A stretch of 64,000 nucleotides of DNA from an uncultured Nitrospirales bacterium. Lineage in GTDB: Bacteria > Hydrogenedentota > Hydrogenedentia > Hydrogenedentales > GCA-2746185. The first letter of the stretch is position 1. Every line of letters starts with the position of its first letter. A program made the translations under genes and the position numbers. The notes under the pieces are model-generated. The model was not told the DNA's origin and made no database searches. It saw nothing but the letters and a program-made list of their open reading frames with translations. Below, in pieces: positions 48,350-57,832 of this stretch. Where the stretch lies: contig CAZUJL010000011.1 of assembly GCA_964620045.1 (NCBI GenBank), positions 31,477-95,476 on the forward strand. Reading direction: 5' to 3'.

Positions 48350-49516
48350 CTATTGGATGATTTCGGTTGTCAGCGTGCCCAGGCGGTCGATGTGAATCGA
48401 CACGGTGTCGCCGGGCTTCAGGTAGCGGTCGTTCTTCTTTTCCGTGGCGATATACGATTCGATGACGTGGTCGGTAACGGGTTTTCCCCAGCCTCCGGCG
48501 ACCCAATGTAAAAGGCCGGATGCCATGGCGGATTTTGGGATTCCGTCGAACACGGTGCCCGCCGGGGTGCCGGCCAGGATCAGCGTGCGTGCGGGGATCG
48601 CGCCATTTACCACCGGCAGTTGTGCAGTCTCGCCGTTGTAGTCCCACCGTGCGTCCTTGCGCGCGTCCGTCTGGCGCAGCAGCTCGGCGATGTCCCAAAT
48701 TGCCAGTGTCATATTGGCCTGCTGGCGCAATTCCTCATTTACGGCCAGCCTCAGATTCAGTGCGCTCGCGAAGGCCTCGAGATCGCGCGGAATTACAAAC
48801 AAGTTGCCGACCGGCAGATACCCCGGCGCGCTTTTGCCGGTGGTGAATCCGTCGCCCGAGGTCACGTCGTCGGGATTCACGTGACGCAACAATGCCGCGC
48901 GGTTCGTGAAGTCGTTCACGGCGATCAGACCCATGTGCTTGGGCGTCCCGGGCAGCGGTGTGTCGTTCAGCGTTACAAACGCCACTTCGACTTCGTAGTC
49001 GAGCAGCGCGTCGCCCGCCGATACCGGTGCGCGGAAGGGGGTCGGCTCGACGAGTTTCGCGAACAGGAAAGGGCCGTCTTCGACTTCGGATTCTTCCGCG
49101 TGCTCGGCGAAGTTTGTTCCCGCGGCCACGTGTGCGCTGGTCAAATCGACCGGCAGGATTAGCGATTCCAGTGGCACTGTTGCGGACGCGTGTGCGAACG
49201 CCGCCGCGATCCGGGCCTGCAGTGCGTCGTACCCGAATCCGTTGAAGGCCGCGATCGGATCGGTGTACTCCGGCCCCAGCTCTTTCGTCAGATTGACCGC
49301 TGTTACCTCGTTGTTCTCGGCCTTGCTGACCGCGAGCAACTGAATGCCGCCATCGGCCTGTATGCGCGCAAAGGTGAGCGCCTCTTCGAGCGGCGCAATC
49401 GCGATGGAGTGTGGAAAGTTCGCGGCCGTGTGTGTTTCCGGCTCACCAGAACACCGCGCGAGCAGCGCAATCAGGCTCATCGTTGCAACGATATTTCTCA
49501 TGGACTGGCCTTTCAT
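48350..49516 (-). CDS. Fumarylacetoacetate hydrolase (FAH)-family protein with a lipoprotein-type signal (LLARCSG)
   Basis: C-terminal FAH-fold pattern (…ILAGTPAGT…PGDTVSIHIDRLGTL…). Confidence 0.55.
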   Translation of the reverse strand: MKGQSMRNIVATMSLIALLARCSGEPETHTAANFPHSIAIAPLEEALTFARIQADGGIQLLAVSKAENNEVTAVNLTKELGPEYTDPIAAFNGFGYDALQARIAAAFAHASATVPLESLILPVDLTSAHVAAGTNFAEHAEESEVEDGPFLFAKLVEPTPFRAPVSAGDALLDYEVEVAFVTLNDTPLPGTPKHMGLIAVNDFTNRAALLRHVNPDDVTSGDGFTTGKSAPGYLPVGNLFVIPRDLEAFASALNLRLAVNEELRQQANMTLAIWDIAELLRQTDARKDARWDYNGETAQLPVVNGAIPARTLILAGTPAGTVFDGIPKSAMASGLLHWVAGGWGKPVTDHVIESYIATEKKNDRYLKPGDTVSIHIDRLGTLTTEIIQ

Positions 49517-51261
49517 CGGTTGATCGTTTCGCTGCGCGCGGACTGCGCGGTCGCGGCGTCCAAAATCGCCTTCAACGTTTCGTCGTCACAAACACTGCTT
49601 GTACCCCGCCACGCGATGTGACCATCCGGGCGCACCAATAGCACCTGATCCGGCGGAAAGAGACCCGGCGGATATTCGGAGCTATCGACGACGTGAATAG
49701 TTGAGCTTTTATCCACGCCAGAATGGTGTTTTGTGGTTAATAGGCTGAATCTCGTGTAGCACAGGTCGTCGTGCACGGCGCGCCGTCCATTCGCCGTGAC
49801 AATCCATCGATGCGGCAGCCGCGCTCCGGGCATTGTGCTTGGGATGTATTCGGCCACGTCGTTCAAGGGCGCTGCATGGGCGCTACCATCTGACAGCAGC
49901 GCGCCTTCACTGTAGACATATCCGATATCCAGTCCTAGCCGATCGAAGTGATTTGTCTGTTCGGCGATCGCCGCAGCCACACGCTCGCGCCGCGCGCCCG
50001 GCCGCAACGCCCTTCCGATCAGCCAGTACACGGGCCGCGTCACCGCGCGCTTTGCGATCCCTCGAAGGCGCGCCGGCAACGCGCGCATCAGCCGCGCGAG
50101 GTGTTTCATGCCGCCCGGATCGATGCCGAGCGCACGAATCACGTCGAACATTTTTTCGAAATTGGTGTGGCTCTCCGCGCAGTTTTTCTGCGCCACGGGC
50201 CGCCGTTCGTGTTCATAGGTATCCAGCAGCGCATCCCCCGCGCCGCCCGCCAGCACGAGCCCGAGTTTCCACGCCAGGTTGTGCGCGTCGCCGATGCCGG
50301 TGTTCATGCCGAGCCCGCCTGTGGGCGGGAATCGGTGTGCCGCATCGCCCAGTAGAAAGACACGTCCGCGGCGATAGCGTTCGGCCACCTGCGCCGTCAT
50401 GCGCCAGGTGCTCAGCGAGTGGACCTGCACATCGGGCGCATCGAACCCCAGCGCGCCGGCAATGCGCGCGCGCATGACGTCCTTCGTAAAATCCTCTGGC
50501 TGCTCCCAAGGCTGTTCGACCGGCACCGCATACACCCAGCGCTTTTCCATGTGGTGCGCGATAAAGGCCCCTGCGTATTCCGGATGCATGATCCAGTACA
50601 GCTTGGCCGGCGTGCGCACGCGATCGCGCAGATTGGCGTTGAAGAACGCGTTTACGAAGGTCTGAATTTCGGCCGGGCCATCCATGGCAATTCCGGCTGC
50701 CTGTCGAACGCGGCTCGAAGCGCCGTCACAGCCCAGTAGATATTGCGATTGGATCGTGTACGGCGCGTCGGACTCGACGACACTGCTGACATACGTGCTG
50801 GCGCTTTCATACGAGGCCCACTTATGCCCGAACCGCAGGTCAATCAGCGGGCATTGCCGTGCATGCGCGACGAGAATTTTCTCGAACTCAGACTGAGATA
50901 GGTTCAGGTACGGCAGCGTTTGCCGCAGATTTTCTTCGTACTTACGCCGGCGCGCGGGGTCGGCCAGCAAATCGATCCGGCCCAGTTCTTCGTTGATCGT
51001 CCTGCAGAACAGCACCCGCGAGGCATCTTCGAGCGGCGAGGCCTCTGCCGCCAGCTCCTGCTCTGCAATGCCGGCGTCGCGCAGGATCTCGATCGAGCGC
51101 GCGTTGATCTCATGCGCTTTGGGGTGATCGATCGTCTCCGTATTGCGCTCGACGACGATGCTCCGCACGTTCCACCGCGCCAGCAGCAGCGCCGTCACGA
51201 GCCCTGAAGGCCCGGCGCCGGCGATGAGGACATCGGTGGCTTCGGTGCGGCCGCTCGTCAC
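49513..51261 (-). CDS. FAD-dependent aromatic-ring monooxygenase (PHBH/PheA-like)
   Basis: DVLIAGAGPSGL dinucleotide-binding motif, GDAAHRFPPTGGLGMNTGIGDAHNLAWKL motif, and a C-terminal thioredoxin-like extension. Confidence 0.75.
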   Translation of the reverse strand: MTSGRTEATDVLIAGAGPSGLVTALLLARWNVRSIVVERNTETIDHPKAHEINARSIEILRDAGIAEQELAAEASPLEDASRVLFCRTINEELGRIDLLADPARRRKYEENLRQTLPYLNLSQSEFEKILVAHARQCPLIDLRFGHKWASYESASTYVSSVVESDAPYTIQSQYLLGCDGASSRVRQAAGIAMDGPAEIQTFVNAFFNANLRDRVRTPAKLYWIMHPEYAGAFIAHHMEKRWVYAVPVEQPWEQPEDFTKDVMRARIAGALGFDAPDVQVHSLSTWRMTAQVAERYRRGRVFLLGDAAHRFPPTGGLGMNTGIGDAHNLAWKLGLVLAGGAGDALLDTYEHERRPVAQKNCAESHTNFEKMFDVIRALGIDPGGMKHLARLMRALPARLRGIAKRAVTRPVYWLIGRALRPGARRERVAAAIAEQTNHFDRLGLDIGYVYSEGALLSDGSAHAAPLNDVAEYIPSTMPGARLPHRWIVTANGRRAVHDDLCYTRFSLLTTKHHSGVDKSSTIHVVDSSEYPPGLFPPDQVLLVRPDGHIAWRGTSSVCDDETLKAILDAATAQSARSETINR

Positions 51262-51725
51262 TGCGCGGCAGCCCGAATGCGGGGCTCAACGCGGAAAAAC
51301 AGCAGGCCCAGCGCCACTATATAAAACGTGCTCAGCACGCCGAACACGAAGACGTTTTCGTCGATGCCGAGAATGGGGATGTGCTCGTGCGGCACTGTGA
51401 CCATGCCGTCGTATTGCGGCGCCCACACCACGGCGAGCCAGAAGCCCAAAAAGTTCGTCGCCAGCCACGCGAACGAGGTGTACAGATGGATCAATCGCAG
51501 CGGTCGCACGAACCAGATCAGATAGACGTTCGCGATTCCAGAGAACAGGAAGAACCCGAGCAGCCACATCATGTGCACGCGCGCGTGCCCGACCCAGTCT
51601 GGATTAAACAAGTGCGACTGCGAGTAATCGCGGCCCCACGGCCCGAAGAACTCGAACGCGCAGACCGTCATTAAAATGCGAACCAGCAACAGCCCTTTTA
51701 CCGGCCCTTTAATCGCCTCATACAT
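51258..51725 (-). CDS. Small membrane protein (4 TM), unknown function
   Basis: Overlaps both the tetR stop and the monooxygenase start; hydrophobic profile. Confidence 0.5.
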   Translation of the reverse strand: MYEAIKGPVKGLLLVRILMTVCAFEFFGPWGRDYSQSHLFNPDWVGHARVHMMWLLGFFLFSGIANVYLIWFVRPLRLIHLYTSFAWLATNFLGFWLAVVWAPQYDGMVTVPHEHIPILGIDENVFVFGVLSTFYIVALGLLFFRVEPRIRAAAQ

Positions 51726-52395
51726 GCGTGGGTGTCTCCTGGTTTAGCGATCCTTGCGCGAGCAGGCAATCGAGCATGGCCAGCACCACCGCCACATGCC
51801 GCTGTACAAAAGCCTCGTCGGTTACGTTCTGATTGAACAGCGCCTTCACTTCGCCCGGCAGCGAGAACACCATGTTGCACGCGCCGAGCAGCGCGTACCG
51901 CACGTGCGGGTCGTTCTCCAGCAACGCGAGCACCGGGTCGACCGCGCCGATCTGCCGGTTCAGTTCACGCAGCGGCCGCAGAAAGTTTTCGATCACCCAC
52001 TGCGTGCGCCACGACGGCGCCGCGTTCTCGCGGATCATGAGTTGATTGAGGTGCGGCGCCTCCGCCGAGGTGCGCACGAATCGTTCGATCAAAAAGCGCA
52101 TGCGCGTGCGGCCGTCGAGCGCGCGCAGCAATTCCACCTGTCCGCGCAGCGCGTCGAGGTACGGCAGAAATGAAAACGTGAACGCCGCCTTCCAGATGTC
52201 CTCCTTGTTGCCGAAGTGATACGTCACCACGCCGCGATTGACGCCAGCGGCCTGCTCGATGTCGCGAATGCCGGTGCCGTCGTAGCCCTGTTCTGCGAAC
52301 ATGCGCGTGGCGACACGCAAAATTTTTTCGCGCGTCTGTCCGCCTTTTGTGGACGCCGCATCGAGCGGCCACTCTGCAGTACTTGTGTTCGACAT
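51718..52395 (-). CDS. TetR/AcrR-family transcriptional regulator
   Basis: HTH region ILRVATRMFAEQGYDGTGIRDIEQAAGVNRGVVTYHFGNKE. Confidence 0.8.
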   Translation of the reverse strand: MSNTSTAEWPLDAASTKGGQTREKILRVATRMFAEQGYDGTGIRDIEQAAGVNRGVVTYHFGNKEDIWKAAFTFSFLPYLDALRGQVELLRALDGRTRMRFLIERFVRTSAEAPHLNQLMIRENAAPSWRTQWVIENFLRPLRELNRQIGAVDPVLALLENDPHVRYALLGACNMVFSLPGEVKALFNQNVTDEAFVQRHVAVVLAMLDCLLAQGSLNQETPTHV

Positions 52396-52502
52396 CGAGG
52401 TGCTCCTTGGAAGAATTTGTATATAGTATAGTAAATTTATACGAGATGCAAGTATTTTAATAGACGCAATAAAGTTAATTGAATCAATAGGTTATGAATG
52501 GG
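52396..52502. promoter_or_regulatory. AT-rich (about 30% GC) promoter/operator region upstream of the tetR-led operon
   Basis: GTATATAGTATAGTAAATTTATAC-type imperfect palindromes read from the sequence, in an otherwise 65% GC context. Confidence 0.35.
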
Positions 52503-53282
52503 CTACGCCCGGCGAATTGTCAGGCCGCCGTCCACGGGCAGCGCGATCCCGGTAACGAACGAGGCCGCCGGCATGCAGAGGCTCAGCGTCATGTGCGCGA
52601 CTTCTTCGGGCTCGCCGTAGCGGCGCAGCGCGGTGCGACGCCGCGCGTAGATCTGCTTTTCTTCGTCGCCGATGCCCGCCGTCATACCGGTGTTGACCGG
52701 TCCCGGGCAGATTGCGTTCACCGTGATGCCTTCCTTGCCAAGTTCAATCGCGAGGCTGCGCGTGAGTCCGATGACGCCCGTCTTCGCCGCGGCGTAGGCG
52801 CTGTTGCCGCCCGTCGCGCCGAGGCCTTCGGTGGACGCGATATTCACGATGCGCGGATGCTCCGCCTTGCGCAGGTGCGGCAGCACTTCGCGAACGAGCA
52901 ACACTTGTGCGGTGAGCAACACGCGGTGTGTGAGCTCCCAGATCGCCATATAGTTGTCGGTATCGACCGGCGTCGGCAACGCAATGCCGGCGTTGTTCAC
53001 CAAAATATCCAGCCCGCCGAATTCGCGCACGACCTCAGCGACGACTTCGCGAATGCGCTCCGGCTTCGACACATCCAACGCCCAGGCCTTCGCCTGACCA
53101 CCCGCCGCGCGAATCTGCGCCGCAACGTCTTCGGCGCCGTCCGCGTGCATATCGGTGACGGCCACCCGCGCGCCTTCGTCGCCAAACAGCATCGCGGTCG
53201 CCCGCCCCATGCCGCTCGCGCAGCCGGTAATCAGCACGCGCTTTCCGGCAACGCTGCGGCTCAGTTTCGACAATCGCGGCAT
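52503..53282 (-). CDS. SDR-family oxidoreductase
   Basis: KRVLITGCASGMGRA (Rossmann), NNAG, and the YAAAK (YxxxK) catalytic motif. Confidence 0.8.
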   Translation of the reverse strand: MPRLSKLSRSVAGKRVLITGCASGMGRATAMLFGDEGARVAVTDMHADGAEDVAAQIRAAGGQAKAWALDVSKPERIREVVAEVVREFGGLDILVNNAGIALPTPVDTDNYMAIWELTHRVLLTAQVLLVREVLPHLRKAEHPRIVNIASTEGLGATGGNSAYAAAKTGVIGLTRSLAIELGKEGITVNAICPGPVNTGMTAGIGDEEKQIYARRRTALRRYGEPEEVAHMTLSLCMPAASFVTGIALPVDGGLTIRRA

Positions 53283-53284
53283 GG

Positions 53285-54094
53285 TTAGGCCTCCGTCTCG
53301 TACTTCGGTTTCCGCTTCTCGGTGAATGCCCGCGCGCCTTCGCGGAAATCGCCGCTCATCACGGCCAGCGTCTGCGTGCGGTTTTCCATGAACAGCGCGG
53401 CCTCGAGGCTCTGCGCGTCGATCGACTGGTTCAGCACTTCCTTCGTCATTCGCAGGCCAAACGGCGCCTTCTCAAGCATGATGCGCGCGGTCTCCAGCGC
53501 GGCATTCACCGCCTCGCCGTCCGGCACGACGCGCGACACATACCCAATCCGCTCGGCCTCGGCCGCCTCCATCGTGCGGCCCGTGTACAGCAGGTCCGCC
53601 GCGCGCGACAGTCCAATCAGCCGCGGCAGGAAGTACGTGCTGCCGATCTCGCCGGAGCTGAGCCCGATGTTGATGTACGAGCATACGAACCGCGCGCTTT
53701 GCGCCGCGATGCGGATGTCCGCCGCCATGGTGAGCGAGAAGCCGCCACCGGCCGCGACGCCGTTGATCGCCGCGATGATTGGCTGCGGGATCCGGCGCAT
53801 GTGCTGCACCATGTCGGCGATGTACCGCTGCGAACTCGTTTGCTTGGACACGTTCATCGGTTCGCCGTCCGCGCTGCGGCTCGATTTCAGGTCCGTGCCC
53901 GCGCTAAATCCGCGGCCCGCGCCGGTGAGAATCACTACGCGCACGCGGTTCGACGATTCGAACTCCGTCAAGCACGCGTGGATTTCTTTCACGGTTTCGT
54001 AATCAAACGCATTCAGCCGATCCGGCCGGTTGATGGTCACCACGGCGATGCCCGGCTCCGGCTCCTGCACCAACAGCGATTTGTACGTAGTCAT
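53285..54094 (-). CDS. Enoyl-CoA hydratase/isomerase (crotonase) family
   Basis: VVTINRPDRLNAF...VILTGAGRGFSAGTDLK and the AAINGVAAGGG oxyanion-hole motif. Confidence 0.8.
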   Translation of the reverse strand: MTTYKSLLVQEPEPGIAVVTINRPDRLNAFDYETVKEIHACLTEFESSNRVRVVILTGAGRGFSAGTDLKSSRSADGEPMNVSKQTSSQRYIADMVQHMRRIPQPIIAAINGVAAGGGFSLTMAADIRIAAQSARFVCSYINIGLSSGEIGSTYFLPRLIGLSRAADLLYTGRTMEAAEAERIGYVSRVVPDGEAVNAALETARIMLEKAPFGLRMTKEVLNQSIDAQSLEAALFMENRTQTLAVMSGDFREGARAFTEKRKPKYETEA

Positions 54095-54217
54095 GCGGCC
54101 TCCCTTTGCAACCCGCGCGCACTCTAGCCCGCGTCCCGGCCAAACGCAATCGTCCTGCGGATACCTTCGCCCGCCATCTGATAGTCTCTCTAAAATCCGC
54201 AATTCGGAGGACCGCGC

Positions 54218-56509
54218 GTGCGCACATTGCTGGTACTCTCGCTGCTTCTAGCCGCGTCCGCCTCTTCGGCGCCGGCCGATATGCCCAAGGGCTCCTTGCT
54301 GATCGCCGAGCACGGCGTGGCCCACGGCCGTATCGTGGTGGCCGACGATGCATTACCGTCCACGCTCTATGCCGCGGCTGAATTGCAGCGCTTCCTGAAC
54401 GAAATGAGCGGCGCGCGGATCCCCATCGTGCCCGCCACGGAACGTTTGCGCCGGGGCGATATCGTGCTCGGCCAAAGTCCGAACTACCGTCGCCGCATTG
54501 GCATAAAGTACGACACGGCTCCGGCGCGGCCCGAAACCTACTTTCTGAACACACATCAGGGCTGCCTCTACATCAATGGCGCTGAACCGCGCGGGGTGTT
54601 GTATGGGGTCTACGCCCTGCTCGAAGACGTGCTCGGCTGCCGCTGGTTTACGCCCGAAGTCAGTCGGATTCCTAAGGCCGATTCCCTCGTGATTCCGCCG
54701 CTCAGCGTGTCACACGCTCCCGCGCTCGAATACCGCGAACCTTTCACCGCCGAGTGCCGCGACGGGGAGTGGGCCGCGCGCAACCGCATGAACAGCAGTG
54801 CCGCAGATCTCACAGAGGCCCAGGGCGGCAAAGTGACCTACTTTGGTTTCGTGCATACCTTCGACCAACTTATACCGCCGGCGCAGTATTTCGACACGCA
54901 CCCCGAGTACTTCTCGCTGGTCAAGGGCAAACGCCTGAAGGAGCGTTCGCAGCTCTGCACGACCAACGAGGATGTCGTCCGCATCATCACCGACGAAATC
55001 CGCAAGCGCATGCGCGAACACCCGGAAGCGACCGTGTTCTCCGTCTCGCAGAACGACTGGTACAACTACTGCGAGTGCGACAAATGCACTGCGATGGCCC
55101 AGGCCGAAGGCTCGCAGATCGCGCCGGTGCTCTGGATGGTCAACCGCGTCGCGGATGCGGTCAAGGACGAGTTCCCCGACAAAGCCATCGATACGCTCGC
55201 CTACCAATGGACCCGCAAACCGCCGCGCACGATGCGCCCGGCGTCCAACGTGATTATGCGCCTGTGCAGCATCGAATGCTGCTTCGCGCACTCCTTCGAA
55301 GCCTGCAATAGCCCCGAAAACAGGGCCTTTGTGGAGGATGTGAAGGGCTGGTCGACCATGTGCGACCGCCTGTGGGTGTGGGACTACGTCACCAGTTTCG
55401 GCCACTACCTCACACCGTTCCCGAACATGCGCCTGCGCGACGACAACATCCGTTTCTTCGCCGAGCACAACGTCACCGGCATCTTCGAGCAGGACGTTTA
55501 CACCACGAAGAACGGCGAGCTTTCCGCGCTCAGTGGCTATGTGGGTGCGAAGCTGTTGTGGAATCCGGACGCCGACGCACAGATCGCCACAACGGAATTC
55601 CTCGATGGCGTCTACGGCGCGGCCGCGCCACACATCCAGCGCTACCTCGATTTGATCCACGATCACGTCGAGCAGGAAAACCATCACGTCATGATCTGGG
55701 CGAGTCCTTCGGATCCGTATCTGAACGAGGCGCTGCTGGCGCAGGCCGACACCATCTGGGACGCCGCCGAAGCAGCCGTTGCCGCCGAGCCGGATACGCT
55801 CGCGCGCGTGCAGACGGCGCGGCTGACGGTTGATTATGCGATCATCGAACGTGCACGCCAGCGCGGCGATCGGCCCTACTCCATCGATCACGCCACCTAC
55901 ACCGTCACGCCAAACCCGGAGTTCCGCGCGCGGGCGGATCGCTTCTTTACCATCGGCGAGCGTAGCCACATTGAAAGCCTGCGCGAGTCCAGTTTCACGC
56001 TTGCGGACTACGCCAAGTTGATCGAGCCGATGATGAGCCCGGTGACGCTCAAGCCGATTTCCGCAAAATCCCATCCGTCCGGATTGCAGCCGGGCCTCAA
56101 TTTCCAATACTACGAAGGCGATTTTACGGACCTGCCCGATTTCAATGCGCTTACGCCCACCGCCACCGGCTGGACAGGCCGCGTGTCCCTCGATCCTTCG
56201 CCGCAAACAAATGCGCTTGCCCTGCGCTTCGAAGGCTATATCGAAATTCCCGCCGACGGCGTCTACACCTTCAACACGCGCTCCAACGACGGCAGCCAGC
56301 TTTTCCTCGGCGACAAGCTCCTGGTCGACAACGGAGGCCAGCACCCGATGCGCGGCCAGTCGGCCTTCATCGCGCTGCGAAAAGGGTATTATCCCCTCCG
56401 CGTGACGTACTTTCAGGCCGGGGCCCTCTATGGCCTTGAGCTCTACTATTCCGGCCCGGGGATCGAGATGCAGCAAGTCCCGACGTCCGCGCTGTGGCGC
56501 AGGCCGTAG
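54218..56509 (+). CDS. Secreted DUF4838-like (GH-like TIM barrel) protein with a C-terminal PA14 domain
   Basis: Signal peptide; a long domain typical of DUF4838 glycan-active proteins; PA14-like segment LNFQYYEGDF...GYYPLRVTYFQ. Confidence 0.5.
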   Translation: MRTLLVLSLLLAASASSAPADMPKGSLLIAEHGVAHGRIVVADDALPSTLYAAAELQRFLNEMSGARIPIVPATERLRRGDIVLGQSPNYRRRIGIKYDTAPARPETYFLNTHQGCLYINGAEPRGVLYGVYALLEDVLGCRWFTPEVSRIPKADSLVIPPLSVSHAPALEYREPFTAECRDGEWAARNRMNSSAADLTEAQGGKVTYFGFVHTFDQLIPPAQYFDTHPEYFSLVKGKRLKERSQLCTTNEDVVRIITDEIRKRMREHPEATVFSVSQNDWYNYCECDKCTAMAQAEGSQIAPVLWMVNRVADAVKDEFPDKAIDTLAYQWTRKPPRTMRPASNVIMRLCSIECCFAHSFEACNSPENRAFVEDVKGWSTMCDRLWVWDYVTSFGHYLTPFPNMRLRDDNIRFFAEHNVTGIFEQDVYTTKNGELSALSGYVGAKLLWNPDADAQIATTEFLDGVYGAAAPHIQRYLDLIHDHVEQENHHVMIWASPSDPYLNEALLAQADTIWDAAEAAVAAEPDTLARVQTARLTVDYAIIERARQRGDRPYSIDHATYTVTPNPEFRARADRFFTIGERSHIESLRESSFTLADYAKLIEPMMSPVTLKPISAKSHPSGLQPGLNFQYYEGDFTDLPDFNALTPTATGWTGRVSLDPSPQTNALALRFEGYIEIPADGVYTFNTRSNDGSQLFLGDKLLVDNGGQHPMRGQSAFIALRKGYYPLRVTYFQAGALYGLELYYSGPGIEMQQVPTSALWRRP

Positions 56510-56533
56510 TCGAAGTAAAGGAGTCGTCCTCGC

Positions 56534-57832
56534 ATGAAGCACTCTCGCCGCACCTTCCTGAAAGGCACGCTTGCCGGGGCCGCCGGCTTCGCGTTTCTGC
56601 CTTCGCGTCGCGCCACGGCGGCCCGTGTTGGGCCGAACGACACCGTGCGTCTCGCCGTCGTCGGCTGTGGTGGCATGGGCCGCGCGCACATCTATTCGCT
56701 GGCCTATCAGGACGGCTGTGAAATCGTCGCGCTGTGCGACGTATACAAGCCGCGCTACGAAGAAGTCGTGCAGAACGTCACCACGATTTATCACGACAAG
56801 CGCAACATGCCGGACAAGACGCCGGTCGGCTACCAGGACTTCCGGCACGTCCTCGATCGCGACGATATCGATGCGGTGTTCTTTGCCACGCCGGACCACT
56901 GGCACGCGCTGATGACGATCATGGCCTGCCAGGCCGGCAAGGATGTTTACGTGGAAAAGCCCTGCTCCACCACGGTGGACGAAGGCCGCAAGATGGTCGA
57001 GGCCGCGCGCCGCTATGGCCGTGTCGTGCAGGTGGGCACGCAGCAGCGCTCCATGCCGGTCTTCCACGAGGCTATGAAGATCATCCACAGCGGCGTGCTT
57101 GGCCCGATCACGACCGCCACCGCGTGGATCGGCACGAACTACACCGGCGAACGCATGACCTATGAGCCTGTGCCCGAGGGCCTTGATTGGGACCTCTGGC
57201 TCGGCCCGGCGCCGGAAGTGCCCTATTCGCCCGAGCGCTTTGGCGCCTTCCGCGGCTGGCACGAATACGCCCGCGGCGGCGAGCTGACGAACTGGGGCGT
57301 GCACCTTGTCGACATCCTGCACTGGGGCATCGGCCAGGATGCGCCGCTCAACATTCAGGCGACCGGCGGCAATTACATCACCGGGGGCGGCGCGGACAAC
57401 TATGAAGTCGTCGACGCGCTCTTCGAATATCCCGGTTGCACGCTCACGTGGGAGCAGCGCCACACGAACCAGCACGCCTCGCTCGGCTACGGCATGAAGT
57501 TCCAGGGGCCGAACGGCCAGCTTGCTTGCGACCGAGGCCGGCTCTTTGTCGAACCCGACACGCTCGGCATCGCGCCGATGATTTTCCCGCCGGAAGAGAC
57601 CTGGGCGAATCGTGATCATCACCAGAATTTCTTCGACTGCGTGCGCACGCGCCGTCGGCCCGCCGCCGATATCGAGCAGGGTCATCGCTCCACGACGGCG
57701 GTGCTGCTTGCCGGCATCGCGCTGCAGTCCGACCGCGAACTGCACTGGGATCGCACCACCGAAACCTTCCTGAACGATCCGCAAGCCAACCGCCATCTGT
57801 CGCGGCCCTACCGCGCCCCGTGGCATCTGTAG
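56534..57832 (+). CDS. Gfo/Idh/MocA-family oxidoreductase with a twin-arginine (Tat) signal
   Basis: RRTFLKG Tat motif and VGCGGMGRAH Rossmann motif. Confidence 0.8.
   Translation: MKHSRRTFLKGTLAGAAGFAFLPSRRATAARVGPNDTVRLAVVGCGGMGRAHIYSLAYQDGCEIVALCDVYKPRYEEVVQNVTTIYHDKRNMPDKTPVGYQDFRHVLDRDDIDAVFFATPDHWHALMTIMACQAGKDVYVEKPCSTTVDEGRKMVEAARRYGRVVQVGTQQRSMPVFHEAMKIIHSGVLGPITTATAWIGTNYTGERMTYEPVPEGLDWDLWLGPAPEVPYSPERFGAFRGWHEYARGGELTNWGVHLVDILHWGIGQDAPLNIQATGGNYITGGGADNYEVVDALFEYPGCTLTWEQRHTNQHASLGYGMKFQGPNGQLACDRGRLFVEPDTLGIAPMIFPPEETWANRDHHQNFFDCVRTRRRPAADIEQGHRSTTAVLLAGIALQSDRELHWDRTTETFLNDPQANRHLSRPYRAPWHL

Noticed and set aside
54710-57826. 1038-aa minus-strand ORF antisense to the DUF4838 and Gfo/Idh/MocA genes
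   Set aside because: It has no motifs and a composition typical of GC-rich antisense frames, and it overlaps two well-supported plus-strand genes.
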